Assembly: GCA_964187785.1 (NCBI GenBank)
Contig: OZ076420.1
Coordinates: forward strand, 5,952,001 to 6,016,000
Source: Amphiscolops sp. MND2022
Taxonomy: Eukaryota
DNA length: 64,000 nt
Direction of reading: 5' to 3'
Shown here: positions 28,725 to 40,641 of the stretch, piece after piece
How the letters are laid out: each line of letters begins with the position of its first letter
How positions within the stretch are numbered: position 1 is the first letter of the stretch
The notes under the pieces: generated by a model
What the model saw: only the letters and a program-made list of their open reading frames with translations
Told to the model about the DNA's origin: nothing
Database searches by the model: none
Program-made: the position numbers and the translations under genes

Positions 28725-28910
28725 GGGGATGGTGGCGCAGTTGATAAGGCGAGTAGTGAAGCTTGAGGCGTAGTCTGTCACCGGATCGATCCCCATCAAA
28801 ACACTCTGCAGGGCGATTCTATACAGACAACTCTGTCTTCCACCAGATCGATCCGGTAAAAGACTTTGGAGGGCCTAATTGAAGATCCACTGCGCTACTG
28901 AATCCCTTTT
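28725..28910 (+). ncRNA. Second tRNA-like Pol III cassette
   Basis: A-box-like TGGCGCAGTTGA, B-box-like GGATCGATCCC, GGGGAT/ATCCCC closing stem, T6 run at about 28906. Confidence 0.4.
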
Positions 28911-29460
28911 TTCTGTCTGGCAGTTCATCCCGTCTGAGAATGTCTGAGAAAACTCGCTATATTAAATCAAATTCAAAAACGCAAGTGTTTCGATTGATTT
29001 TGTTATTTATGAATTGAAGCATCAAAACTCGACCCGCGATTGGAACCAAAAATTTTAATTTTTTTTCCAAAACCTCAATAACAGTTGCGTTTTAATTTTT
29101 CATTTGTAAAATTTGTACATTTTGTCTTTTTTTTTGAAGTACGTTTTCTTTTAACTCTAATTATCAACGGGCTTCCGATGTAACGTCTGGTGTGAAGTTT
29201 ATTGAAACATTTGTTGCACTCAAATGTGATTTAGGATTACAAAGTAATTGACCCCTTCAAATCAAACATAATTTTTTGAATAGCGTTGCAAGTGTTCCAA
29301 AAACGGATTTGAAATGGTTTAAAATCAAGTTCAAGCTTTCGTCAGCATTCTAATCTCAAAACGGTTCCAGTTGAAACTGAGTAACAAAATTTTAAACAAT
29401 CACGTACAACAAAACCAATGCCACAAAAGTCTAAAAGTTTGTGAATGAAAGTTCGTTTCT

Positions 29461-32162
29461 TCAATTTTCCTCTTCCGATTCATCTGCAAGATTGTCACTG
29501 TTTTCTTTTCGTGGTTCTTGACTACCGCTGAAGCGACCGCTGGTGTTTCCAGAGCTGCTTCCTGACTGTGATTCACTAAACTCAGAGCGAGCTATCGGGT
29601 CCTCGTAGTCGAACATTAACTGTTCGAAGGGATGGATTGTTTTACTTGCTCGGAGGACAACGTAACGTTGATTGTTGTCGGCAAACACAATGACATCAGT
29701 GGACTTCATATTGGCTTCCAAAACTGAGTGATTGGCAAGGCGACCCATACTTCTACTATCAGGGTGGACAGGGCACGTTTCCGCGGAGGCATTGATTATC
29801 CTTCTGCCAGGTCCTTTGACTTCAAGACAAAACTCCCGTTTAACACCTTCAATGGCGGATACTTCGTCCATTGATGTCTTGAGGAAAACCTGCCCGTGGT
29901 AATCAATGACGACTTCATTTTTCTGGAAAACTCGGGTGGCAACGATTCCTCTTCCAAACTTGCTAAAAAAATATGTGTGACTCCCGGCCATTTTTGAGAT
30001 CGACATCTCTCCATAAGCAAAGTTTGATCTTCAAAATCCATATTGCTTGCCAATCCTTTGTAATAAATCTTCTGAATGGCTATGTTCGTTTCTACTTTTG
30101 GGGTAATAAACATTGGGAGCACAAGTAGATAAACTTTTCTCAGGTCTTGGTTGCCGTCATTCTGCGTCGTCCATTTCTGTCGCTGGAAATAGCTCTTCAG
30201 TCTCATTTCCAACGAAGCAAGGTCAGTTTTCCCATTCATATGCTTGAAAAAGGCATGGGCACGAGCTGATTGGCGGGCAAATCTCTGTCGATCCTGGTGC
30301 CTTCTCACCGCTGACTGCACGACCTGGTAGTCCAAGGCAATGTCCAGAGTCGCCCAAATTGCTCTAGTTTGGACCTTCAACTTAGGTAGTTTTGCTTCAG
30401 TGTCGTTTGCGATGGGCAACACAACATGAAGGTGCCGTTCCAATTCCCACAGCGGGTTATCACAGTGTTTCAGTACCTGTTTGAAATGATACAAACATTG
30501 AATAGTGTCTATATGCATTCTGAATTAATGATACCAACAGTGTACGTGTCACTTATAGATCGACCCCCGATTGGTACCAAAAACTAGCTCTACATTATAA
30601 ATTTTCCCAGTTTCCACGGATTTTTAGTATAATTTGACTTGCTCAAAAATGCAATCCGGAAAACAAGACCATATCTTTAAACACATGGCGTGGAAACCAG
30701 ATACGAATCTTAATACATTGCGAACAATCACTCAAAGGGGTATACACATTATTGCGCGTTACCATAAATGTCCTAGTTTCCACGGTTTTAAGTTTGAATT
30801 GACTTACTCAAAGAATGCGATGCGGAAAACAAGACCATATCTTTATACACATGGCGTGGAAACCAAATACAAATCTTAATACATTGCGAACTTTCACTAT
30901 AAAGGGTATACACATGATTGTGCGTTGCCATAAATGTCCTAGTTTGCACGGGTTTTGAGTATAAAATGGCTCGCTTTTAAAAGTCTTCGAGGAAAAAAGA
31001 CCATATTTTTGAACACATGGCGTGAAAACCGAATACAAATCCTAACTAATTGTTTTATTCAAGTGTGATGATGATTTGTTTTTACATACCCACTCCATAT
31101 ATTGGTCAACAACGTGGCTAGGTCGGAAGTTGGATTTCCCAGCTGAGTTCACAAAAAACAATTCGGTGTACAGGATCCGGTTGTCTGTATCACTCAGCAG
31201 TCTTTCGAAAGGAGTTCCCTCACCGTGGTCCAGAAACTCGTTTCGAACACTCACGAAGTAGTCCACAAAGCCTTCCAATAACCATCGTGGGATATTGTAG
31301 CACGTTTTTCTGGCGCACCTCTCCGCTACATCTATCTCAAGCCCGAAAGAGGCATTTTTGCCGTCGGATTCTTTCATTTGAACTGCTGCCTGCGCCACGG
31401 CGTGGACAGTCACATTGCTGACCTCCCGATCCAGAAAACCCAAGAAAATTAGAACGTAGGCCAGTAGACTTCGAAAGAACTCTATTTGGACCTTTTTCGT
31501 AGCCAGAATGCTCTTTCTGCTACGCGATACATTCTCTGTTATTGTCCATTTAATGAAGGACTCCACTGTATCCGTTTTGTAATCAGGCTTCTTCTTCTTG
31601 GCAGGAACAGTCTAAAAAAGGGAGAGTTTTCAAAAAGTGTCCTAATTATCTTTAAAACTGATAACGCATCCTCCAGGAATTAAAAAGTACATTGGTTTCT
31701 AGGAAACGTAACCCATATTCCGAACGCCAAATTTGAACAATATCTATTCAGAAGTTTTACTACACTTACCATATCAACTGGTGGGGGCATTGGACGTTTG
31801 CTTGCTACATTATCGGAGCTTGCATGTCCATTCGACTGTTTTGGAGGAATTATAATCTCAGCTGGTAATTCGCTCTGAATGTTTAAAAACTCGTTTATGA
31901 CTTCTTCAGCTTCAGTCGGGAGATGCTCCGTTATTATTCCATCCTCATTGAAGCTGAATTCAGGTGGCTCTTGGAGGCGGAACGGAGTGCTGTTGAGTGG
32001 CCCGACGGATGTTTGGCTAAACATCACGGGCGATACCAGGGGCGTGAACAAACCAGAAGGAGTTTGCATTTGGGTTAACGTCAGAGGCGTAGACATGTCC
32101 GCGGAAGCCGGTGTTGGGATTGGGGGCATCGGCAAATGCAGCGAGATTTTGTTTTGTTCCAT
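29461..32162 (-). CDS. Three-exon gene (32162-31770, 31611-31090, 30476-29461): disordered N-terminus, degenerate tyrosine-recombinase-like region, PR-Set7/KMT5A-type SET domain (~640 aa)
   Basis: Phase-0 introns GTAAGT..TTTTAG (31769-31612) and GTATGT..AAACAG (31089-30477). SET motifs GRGIVAT, VIDYHG, GRLANHS and LMFDY are intact. One 1-nt frameshift in a T7 run at about 29968. Confidence 0.8.
30606..31040. repeat. 166-bp tandem repeat, 3 copies (intron 2 of the SET gene)
   Basis: AGTTT(C/G)CACG at 30609, 30775 and 30941. The unit contains the inverted pair GTTTCCACG..70 bp..CGTGGAAAC. Confidence 0.9.
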
Positions 32163-32520
32163 TTAAGAAAGTTCGGTTTTCAGAGACGATTTCAAGATAA
32201 TGATTGTAGATTTCGAACATTTTTGATATGAATTACGATAATTTCTGATATTTGGTAACTCGTAGTGCCATATCCGGCTGTGCAACCAAAAACCTCAATC
32301 TTAAATGAGACATGTGAAAAGCGTTATTTCGGAATGAGGCTAGTGTCTTCATTTTGCAATTATTCTTATTAGTGCAACTGCTCGGTAATTAGGTGACGAT
32401 TAGCTGTAATTAATTTGGATTGCAACCAATCTCGTTATCGTCTTCTTTAACGCTCATCCCATCAACATTCACCACATAAGTTGTCTACACAATCTATTAG
32501 TTTCGAGCTTTAAAATAAAA
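32163..32520. promoter_or_regulatory. Putative bidirectional promoter between the SET gene and the Tudor-like gene
   Basis: About 360 bp separate the divergent ATGs at 32162 (-) and 32521 (+); duplicated at 37903-38261. Confidence 0.5.
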
Positions 32521-33894
32521 ATGCTTCTCCAAACCTTCTATGAAAATGAAGTTGTGCAAATCTTGGATCCTGCGACATCAATTTGGGAATCAGCGAAAAT
32601 AATTTCCTTTGTGAGCGATTGGTGTGTAAGAATTAAATGGGTCGATTGGTCTTACAATAAAAAAGAAGATATCACTGTTCCCGAAGTATACAGACCTGAA
32701 AAAATAACTGGAACATTAGAAAATCCCACAATCTTGTCCGCGAAGAAACTGTGAGCAACAAAAGACGGTCAACACCACTTAGCTACAACGCTCGTCGACT
32801 GGTCAGAAACGATCAAATTTACTTTTGGCAACCAGAATGTAATTGTGTAGATAGCGAAAGATGCCAAGAGGACCGTTGCTGCGGGTCAGTTGTGATGGGT
32901 TGGGTAAAAATTAATGATCCTTTTTGTCAACAATGTTTGATAACCGACGTGGAGGACAATGATGAGTATGTTTCGTATCACCAACTAAGAAATAAACCTT
33001 GTGTAAGAGACACTGAACCAGAAATTGATGAAACTGAACAAGATCAAGAATCAGGATCTGACGTACATCGCCCATTCGTCAAAAAGCAAGCCCGTGTGAC
33101 AAGCGCCACACAACCGATGCCACAAGTCGACATTCTTTCCTTGCTTCCCAATGTTGATGATGACGTTGAATTAACATATGCACCCTGTGAAAATGATATC
33201 ATAAAGGTAATGTTTTCTTGCATTTTTGCTTACAAACTTTGCTTTGAATTTTGATAACCCTGGATTGGCACCAAATTTTTCAAAGTGTTTTTCCCACCTA
33301 ATATTTGTTCAATCGTTTCATTTTCAGGTGGGATCTATTGCATCTTACGCAAATGATGATTTTGAAATCAAAAAAGTTTACTATGATGTTCAGAAGAGGA
33401 AAGCATGTGCATTCATGCAGAGCAGAAGTGACCCTGACATTGAAGTGGGCATCCCAACAATTCGTGTTGTCACAACAACATCTTCTAAAGGCGATGTAAT
33501 GGATTTTAATTCGCTTCTGGAGCCCATGGACCAAGCCTATGCTTTGTTTTCTGCAATAAAACGAATGGTGGGACTCTCAAGAAAGAAGCATTCCTTGACC
33601 GCAATATTAGCTCCCTGTAACCTACTGACAAAAAAACTCTGTGGCTTCGAAACTGGAAATTTCAAAGAGGCCGTTAAGTATAGTGTTGCAAACCAAGAGG
33701 GCCATAAATGGTGCAACGGTACATGGGAAACTGTACTTGGAAGAAATTGGGATATGAACCCATGTCACGCAAGAGATGGAGAAGATGTTCTTATAAAGAC
33801 AATGAGGTTCACTGAACATCGAGAATTTGGCATGTTCACGATTCGTGTCCAGTTTTTGACGAGCCAAGGCCACTGCAAAAACCAGCCAATATAG
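32521..33894 (+). CDS. Two-exon gene (32521-33206, 33328-33894), N-terminal Tudor-like domain, copy 1 (~417 aa)
   Basis: FYENEVVQILD..IWESAKIISF..VRIKWVDW resembles a Tudor/royal-family barrel with aromatic residues. Phase-0 intron AAG|GTAATG..TTTCAG|GTG. One frameshift in an A6 run at about 32700 (A7 and in frame in copy 2). Confidence 0.65.
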
Positions 33895-34189
33895 AGATCT
33901 GAGTCGGAATGTACCTGTCTCAGATGCATGAAATACTCTTAAAAACTCCTAAAATTAAAAAAAACTTTTTCTATTCGTGTTTGATCATATTTTGTTTGTT
34001 CAACAATTCTTCTTTCAATATTTTTAGTAATTATTACAATATGAGCTCCATGACCTTGTATTCTTGAATATTCTTGAGAAAAGTCTTAGACTATCGAATT
34101 ACTTTATTCTGAAAGCATATGATCAACAAGGCACTTGTCACGTATAGATCAACCCCTGATTGGTACCAAAAATGATTAATTCTATTCGT

Positions 34190-34505
34190 CTCGGTTTCCA
34201 CGGATTTTCAGTATAATTTGACTTGCTCAAAGAATCCAATGCGGAAAACAAGACCAAATCTTTAAACATATGGCGTGGAAACCAAAAACAAATCTTAATA
34301 CATTGCAAACTTTCACTCAAAGGGGTATGTATGTATGCAGACTCCGGATTGCGCATTACCATAAATGTCCTGGTTTCCACGGTATTTAAGTGAAAATTGA
34401 CTTGCTCAAAGAAAGCAATGCGGAAAACAAGGACACATCTTTAAACACATGGCGTGGAAACCAAGCACAAGTACTGATACGTTGCTCAGTTTCATTCGAA
34501 GGGGT
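34190..34505. repeat. 166-bp repeat family, 2 copies
   Basis: Same unit as 30606-31040, preceded by the 21-bp motif; duplicated at about 39930-40245. Confidence 0.85.
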
Positions 34506-34903
34506 GTAGTCAAGGTTTTCAGAAAATATTCAAACAATTTTTGTTTTTCTTTTTTTAATACCTTTTGGAGATTTTCAATCAGATAACACTTTACAAAGAT
34601 GAAACAAACAGTCCTGAGAAGTGAAACCTTCTAATTACGAGTGAGAAGACTTAATGGAAGACTCTTTTGCATCTGATTGTGATTATTGACAAAATGGCCT
34701 TGGGTGATATGGACAAATTATCGAATTATTTGAACCGTTCTTCATCAGTTTAATGAAGAGACTCAAAACCGGACTCATTTCACTTGTGGGTTTGTGTATT
34801 TAATTGCATTTCATTTTATTGTATGGAAAAGTTGTCAGTCTGAAAAATGTTCTACAATCAATACAATTTCACTTTGCAATAAACCTAAAAACCAGCTTTA
34901 GAA

Positions 34904-37423
34904 ATGACTCCACTGTCAATTTGGGAAAGAAATATTATCGAAGTGGAAAATGGGAAACTCTTCGCTAACTGTCGCCTTTTTGACGATATATCCGGAAAAG
35001 AAATACCGAATAAATTTCGGAAGTTCGCAACACTTGTTGGGGAAATGTTGACGGGGACAAATTTAAATCCAAAAGAATTCATTCGGAGAATTGCTGTTAA
35101 AGGCCAGAAACCCCCCTGTATTTGTAGCAGCAAAATTTGCAAAACTGCTTGTACTGCGTGGATTTAAAGACTTCCCTTGGAACTCAGCCAGAAGAGAGTT
35201 TGTCAGTTTGTTTTTCAATAATGATGTCATACCATATCACAATCCTTACATGAAAGACACCCTTGCGACACCCGCAGATGTGACTCCTGAAGATGCGGCC
35301 CCTGAAGGTCAAGTCAGTGACAATTCTCTCTCAAAAGAAAGAATGCTAGAAATATCAGACGCCAAAAAAGTCAAACATGAACAAACTGATCCAATTAGAA
35401 CAGATCTGATGTCAGAAGTTGGGTTCAACAGTTTCATGAAAAAAATCAAAAGCTCTGCAAATAAGGGAAAAGATCAACGATTCACAAAAAAGAGGACCCA
35501 AACTTAGTCAAAAAAATTGTAGAAGATCTATTCGAAAAAAGAGGATCTACTGATGAGTTCAGGCACCATTTATCTCTTGTCACGAAAACGGGTAACACGG
35601 AAGATGTTATAAAAGTTATTCGAACGAGACTTTCAATTGTTGGAATCGGATACAATTTAGTCCCATGCATTCGATTGGTCAAAAAGTCATCATCCGAAAT
35701 TCAGTCCTACTTTACAGCAATGTGTGAGCCAGAAAGAACCTTCTCTGGTTTTCGCTGTAACCTCATAAAATGCGTGGAGACGGTGTCATACTTCTTATTT
35801 GGAACGAAAGAACTCAATGGCCAACGAGTTGATATTTGGGGAGATGGTTGTGAAATTGGAGGTGTCGAAACAACACGAATTGCATTCCGGATCCTTACTG
35901 ACAAAATAAAGTGTCAATCACCAGATGCAGTATTCTGTTTTGCTGAATACAGGGGTAAAGACAGTAGGTTCGCAATGGAGCAAAACCTTGGACCAAATAT
36001 AGCAGGAGTTCAAGAGTCTGGTTGGCTTTTTATGAAGACCCTGGAACTGTCAAAATGCGGAGTTATTTTGACATACAGTGGCGATTCGCCGTTTTTAATG
36101 AGATTGGTGCTCGGTATCACAAATGAATCAGCTAGCCCATCGAAAAAGCCACTCTATGTAACAGAACGTGACTACACACCAACAAAATGTCATCATGAAA
36201 CTGGTCTACGATCTGATGTTGTTATACCCTTCAGAAAGGATCTTCCAAAATCTTCCTTGGTCTTCTACGAAAACATACAATCAGTTTGTCCTGATGCCAC
36301 GCATATGACCACCCGTTGTGTTGAAAATGACCTCCAGAGAATTGCACAGAAAATTATCAGAGAAAAGTATCCTAATCATGATGTAGCAATTCGCCAGCTT
36401 GAAGAAAACTTGACAAGAAGAGATGCGAAGAGACCATACTTTCAGTTCAACAAATCTCATAAAAGTGGTTCGTGTATCGGTACTGTAGGTGCAGTATCCC
36501 TCGCAGGTGGTAGTGCTCTAGCGGTCATTGCTGATAAAGAGGAGCTTGCAGGTCCGAAAGACGGTAAAATTAGCGATCTTTACGATGGCGTTTGGGGTCC
36601 CGAAGATATCATTGTTGGCAGTGAAGAAAACGCAAATGTCCCTTGCGTTAATATCCTAAGGAATTGGTTTCCTAAACTTTTCAATAAAGATAACCTCAAG
36701 CAAAAAGGGTCCAATGACAAATTCATATCTGCTTTTGATGCTTGCGAACTCCTGCGATCGAGTTTGAATCAATGTGTTTTATGTCTGCGAGCAGAAGAAT
36801 TCAACAGTGAAACGTTCAACAAATGGGCTGAAGTTTATTACCAAATCAATATCTTGATATTCGGGCATGCCGGTTTGACACCCTATAAATTGAAAATGCT
36901 GATGTTTCCTCAACTTGTTGAGAGTGGATACATAAAAAGACCATTTGATCATTTGTGTGAAGGTCTTGAAAAATCGAACCACCAAGCTAATCGTGGCTTC
37001 CAGACAAAAACAATGCGCGGAGGGGGTAAGATTTATCACAAGGATCCACTATTCCTCGAGTCGTCTTTTTCTTTCTCGAAATTTTTAAGATTCGCAGTTG
37101 AAGTTGAAGACAAAGGGCCGGACGCTGAACCAACTTCTAAGAGTATCATGGAACCTGAACAAAACGCAACAACAGAGGTCTACTTTGATGACCATAATGT
37201 GACGGGAAACAGAAAGAACTATCAGACAGTTTCGAAAAGTACCTCAAACAGCGTAATGAGTATACTTCATAGTGCAACAAAAGTGATGGGCATTGACGTT
37301 CCGGGACCTGAGTACCTTGATATTTGCCGCAAAGAACCACCGGTAACAACTATCGCCATTGGAGAGTTTTCAAAAAGTGTCCTAATTATCTTTAAAACTG
37401 ATAACGCATCCTCCAGGAATTAA
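34904..37423 (+). CDS. RAG1/Transib-like DDE transposase, copy 1 (catalytic core open, BRCT lost at the duplication junction)
   Basis: WGDG (D1), YSGDSPF (D2, 80 aa later), PDATH (D-x-x-H) and LTPYKLK..LCEGLEKSNH (E) align by eye with RAG1 CDG, GYDEK, IDALH and ITNYFHK..SEGNESGNK. The N-terminal part has two homopolymer frameshifts (about 35112 and about 35468). Confidence 0.8.
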
Positions 37424-37509
37424 AAAGTACATTGGTTTCTAGGAAACGTAACCCATATTCCGAACGCCAAATTTGAACAATATCTATTCAGAAGTTTTAC
37501 TACACTTAC

Positions 37510-37902
37510 CATATCAACTGGTGGGGGCATTGGACGTTTGCTTGCTACATTATCGGAGCTTGCATGTCCATTCGACTGTTTTGGAGGAATTATAATCTCA
37601 GCTGGTAATTCGCTCTGAATGTTTAAAAACACGTTTATGACTTCTTCAGCTTCAGTCGGGAGATGCTCCGTTCTTATTCCATCCTCATTGAAGCTGAATT
37701 CAGGTGGCTCTTGGAGGCGGAACGGAGTGCTGTTGAGTGGCCCGACGGATGTTTGGCTAAACATCACGGGCGATACCAGGGGCGTGAACAAACCAGAAGG
37801 AGTTTGCATTTGGGTTAACGTCAGAGGCGTAGACATGTCCGCGGAAGCCGGTGTTGGGATTGGGGGCATCGGCAAATGCGGCGAGGTGTTGTTTTGTTCC
37901 AT
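37510..37902 (-). pseudogene. Orphan duplicate of SET-gene exon 1
   Basis: Near-identical to 31770-32162. Downstream exons are absent because the duplication starts inside intron 1. Confidence 0.8.
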
Positions 37903-38261
37903 TTAAGAAAGTTCGGTTTTCAGAGACGATTTCAAGATAATGATTGTAGATTTCGAACATTTGTTGATATGAATTACGATAATTTCTGATATTTGGTAAC
38001 TCGTAGTGCCATATCCGGCTGTGCAACCAAAAACCTCAATCTAAAATGAGACATGTGAAAAGCGTTATTTCGGAATGAGGCTAGTGTCTTCATTTTGCAA
38101 TTATTCTTATTAGTGCAACTGCTCGGTAATTAGGTGACGATTAGCTGTAATTAATTTGGATTGCAACCAATCTCGTTATCGTCTTCTTTAACGCTCATCC
38201 CATCAACATTCACCACATAAGTTGTCTACACAATCTATTAGTTTCGAGCTTTAAAATAAAA

Positions 38262-39632
38262 ATGCTTCTCCAAACCTTCTATGAAAATGAAGTTGTGCAA
38301 ATCTTGGATCCTGCGACATCAATTTGGGAATCAGCGAAAATAATTTCCTTTGTGAGCGATTGGTGTGTAAGAATTAAATGGGTCGATTGGTCTTACAATA
38401 AAAAAGAAGATATCACTGTTCCCGAAGTATACAGACCTGAAAAAAATAACTGGAACATTAGAAAATCCCACAATCTTGTCCGCGAAGAAACTGTGAGCAA
38501 CAAAAGACGGTCAACACCACTTAGCTACAACGCTCGTCGACTGGTCAGAAACGATCAAATTTACTTTTGGCAACCAGAATGTAATTGTGTAGATAGCGAA
38601 AGATGCCAAGAGGACCGTTGCTGTGGGTCAGTTGTGATGGGTTGGGTAAAAATTAATGATCCTTTTTGTCAACAATGTTTGATAACCGACGTGGAGGACA
38701 ATGATGAGTATGTTTCGTATCGCCAACTAAGAAATAAACCTTGTGTAAGAGACACTGAACCAGAAATTGATGAAACTGAACAAGATCAAGAATCAGGATC
38801 TGACGTACATCGCCCATTCGTCAAAAAGCAAGCCCGTGTGACAAGCGCCACACAACCGATGCCACAAGTCGACATTCTTTCCTTGCTTCCCAATGTTGAT
38901 GATGACGTTGAATTAACATATGCACCCTGTGAAAATGATATCATAAAGGTAATGTTTTCTTGCTTTTTTGCTTACAAACTTTGCTTTGAATTTTGGATAA
39001 CCCTGGATTGGCACCAAATTTTTCAAAGTGTTTTTCCCACCTAATATTTGTTCAATCGTTTCATTTTCAGGTGGGATCTATTGCATCTTACGCAAATGAT
39101 GATTTTGAAATCAAAAAAGTTTACTATGATGTTCAGAAGAGGAAAGCATGTGCATTCATGCAGAGCAGAAGTGACCCTGACATTGAAGTGGGCATCCCAA
39201 CAATTCGTGTTGTCACTACAACATCTTCTAAAGGCGATGGATTTTAATTCGCTTCTGGAGCCCATGGACCAAGCCTATGCTTTGTTTTCTGCAATAAAAC
39301 GAATGGTGGGACTCTCAAGAAAGAAGCATTCCTTGACCGCAATATTAGCTCCCTGTAACCTACTGACAAAAAAACTCTGTGGCTTCGAAACTGGAAATTT
39401 CAAAGAGGCCGTTAAGTATAGTGTTGCAAACCAAGAGGGCCATAAATGGTGCAACGGTACATGGGATACTGTACTTGGAAGAAATTGGGATATGAACCCA
39501 TGTCACGCAAGAGATGGAGAAGATGTTCTTATAAAGACAATGAGGTTCACTGAACATCGAGAATTTGGCATGTTCACGATTCGTGTCCAGTTTTTGACGA
39601 GCCAAGGCCACTACAAAAACCAGCCAATATAG
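38262..39632 (+). pseudogene. Tudor-like gene, copy 2
   Basis: Exon 1 (38262-38948) is open. Exon 2 (from 39071) has a 4-bp deletion at about 39238 (GATGTAATGG to GATGG), causing a frameshift. Confidence 0.75.
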
Positions 39633-40641
39633 AGATCTGAGTCGGAATGTACCTGTCTCAGATGCATGAAATACTCTTAAAAACTCCTAAAATTTAAAAA
39701 AACTTTTTCTATTCGTGTTTGATCATATTTTGTTTGTTCAACAATTCTTCTTTCAATATTTTTAGTAATTATTACAATATGAGCTCCATGACCTTGTATT
39801 CTTGATTATTCTTGAGAAAAGTCTTAGACTATCGAATTACTTTATTCTGAAAGCATATGATCAACAAGGCACTTGTCACGTATAGATCAACCCCTGATTG
39901 GTACCAAAAATGATTAATTCTATTCGTCTCGGTTTTGACGGATTTTCAGTATAATTTGACTTGCTCAAAGAATCCAATGCGGAAAACAAGACCAAATCTT
40001 TAAACATATGGCGTGGAAACCAAATACAAATCTTAATACATTGCAAACTTTCACTCAAAGGGGTATGTATGTATGCAGACTCCGGATTGCGCATTACCAT
40101 AAATGTCCTGGTTTCCACGGTATTTAAGTGAAAATTGACTTGCTCGAAGAAAGCAATGCGGAAAACAAGGACACATCTTTAAACACATGGCGTGGAAACC
40201 AAGCACAAGTACTAATACGTTGCTCAGTTTCATTCGAAGGGGTGTAGTCATGGTTTTCAGAAAATATTCAAAAAATTTTTGTTTTTCTTTTTTTAATACC
40301 TTTTGAGTATTTTCAATCAGATAACACTTTACAAAGATGAAACAAACAGTCCTAAGAAGTGAAACCTTCTAATTACGAGTGAGAAGACTTAATGGAAGAC
40401 TCTTTTGCATCTGATTGTGATTATTGACAAAATGGCCTTGGGTGATATGGACAAATTATCGAATTATTTGAACCGTTCTTCATCAGTTTAATGAAGAGAC
40501 TCAAAACCGGACTCATTTCACTTGTGGGTTTGTGTATTTAATTGCATTTCATTTTATTGTATGGAAAAGTTGTCAGTCTGAAAAATGTTCTACAATCAAT
40601 ACAATTTCACTTTGCAATAAACCTAAAAACCAGCTTTAGAA

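Noticed and set aside
28242-28800. Functional tRNA genes
   Set aside because: Anticodon stems do not pair and the position 8-10 region is non-canonical.
35100-35500. Programmed ribosomal frameshifting in the transposase
   Set aside because: The C-run length differs between the copies (6 vs 7) and no clear stimulatory structure was seen; error or decay is simpler.
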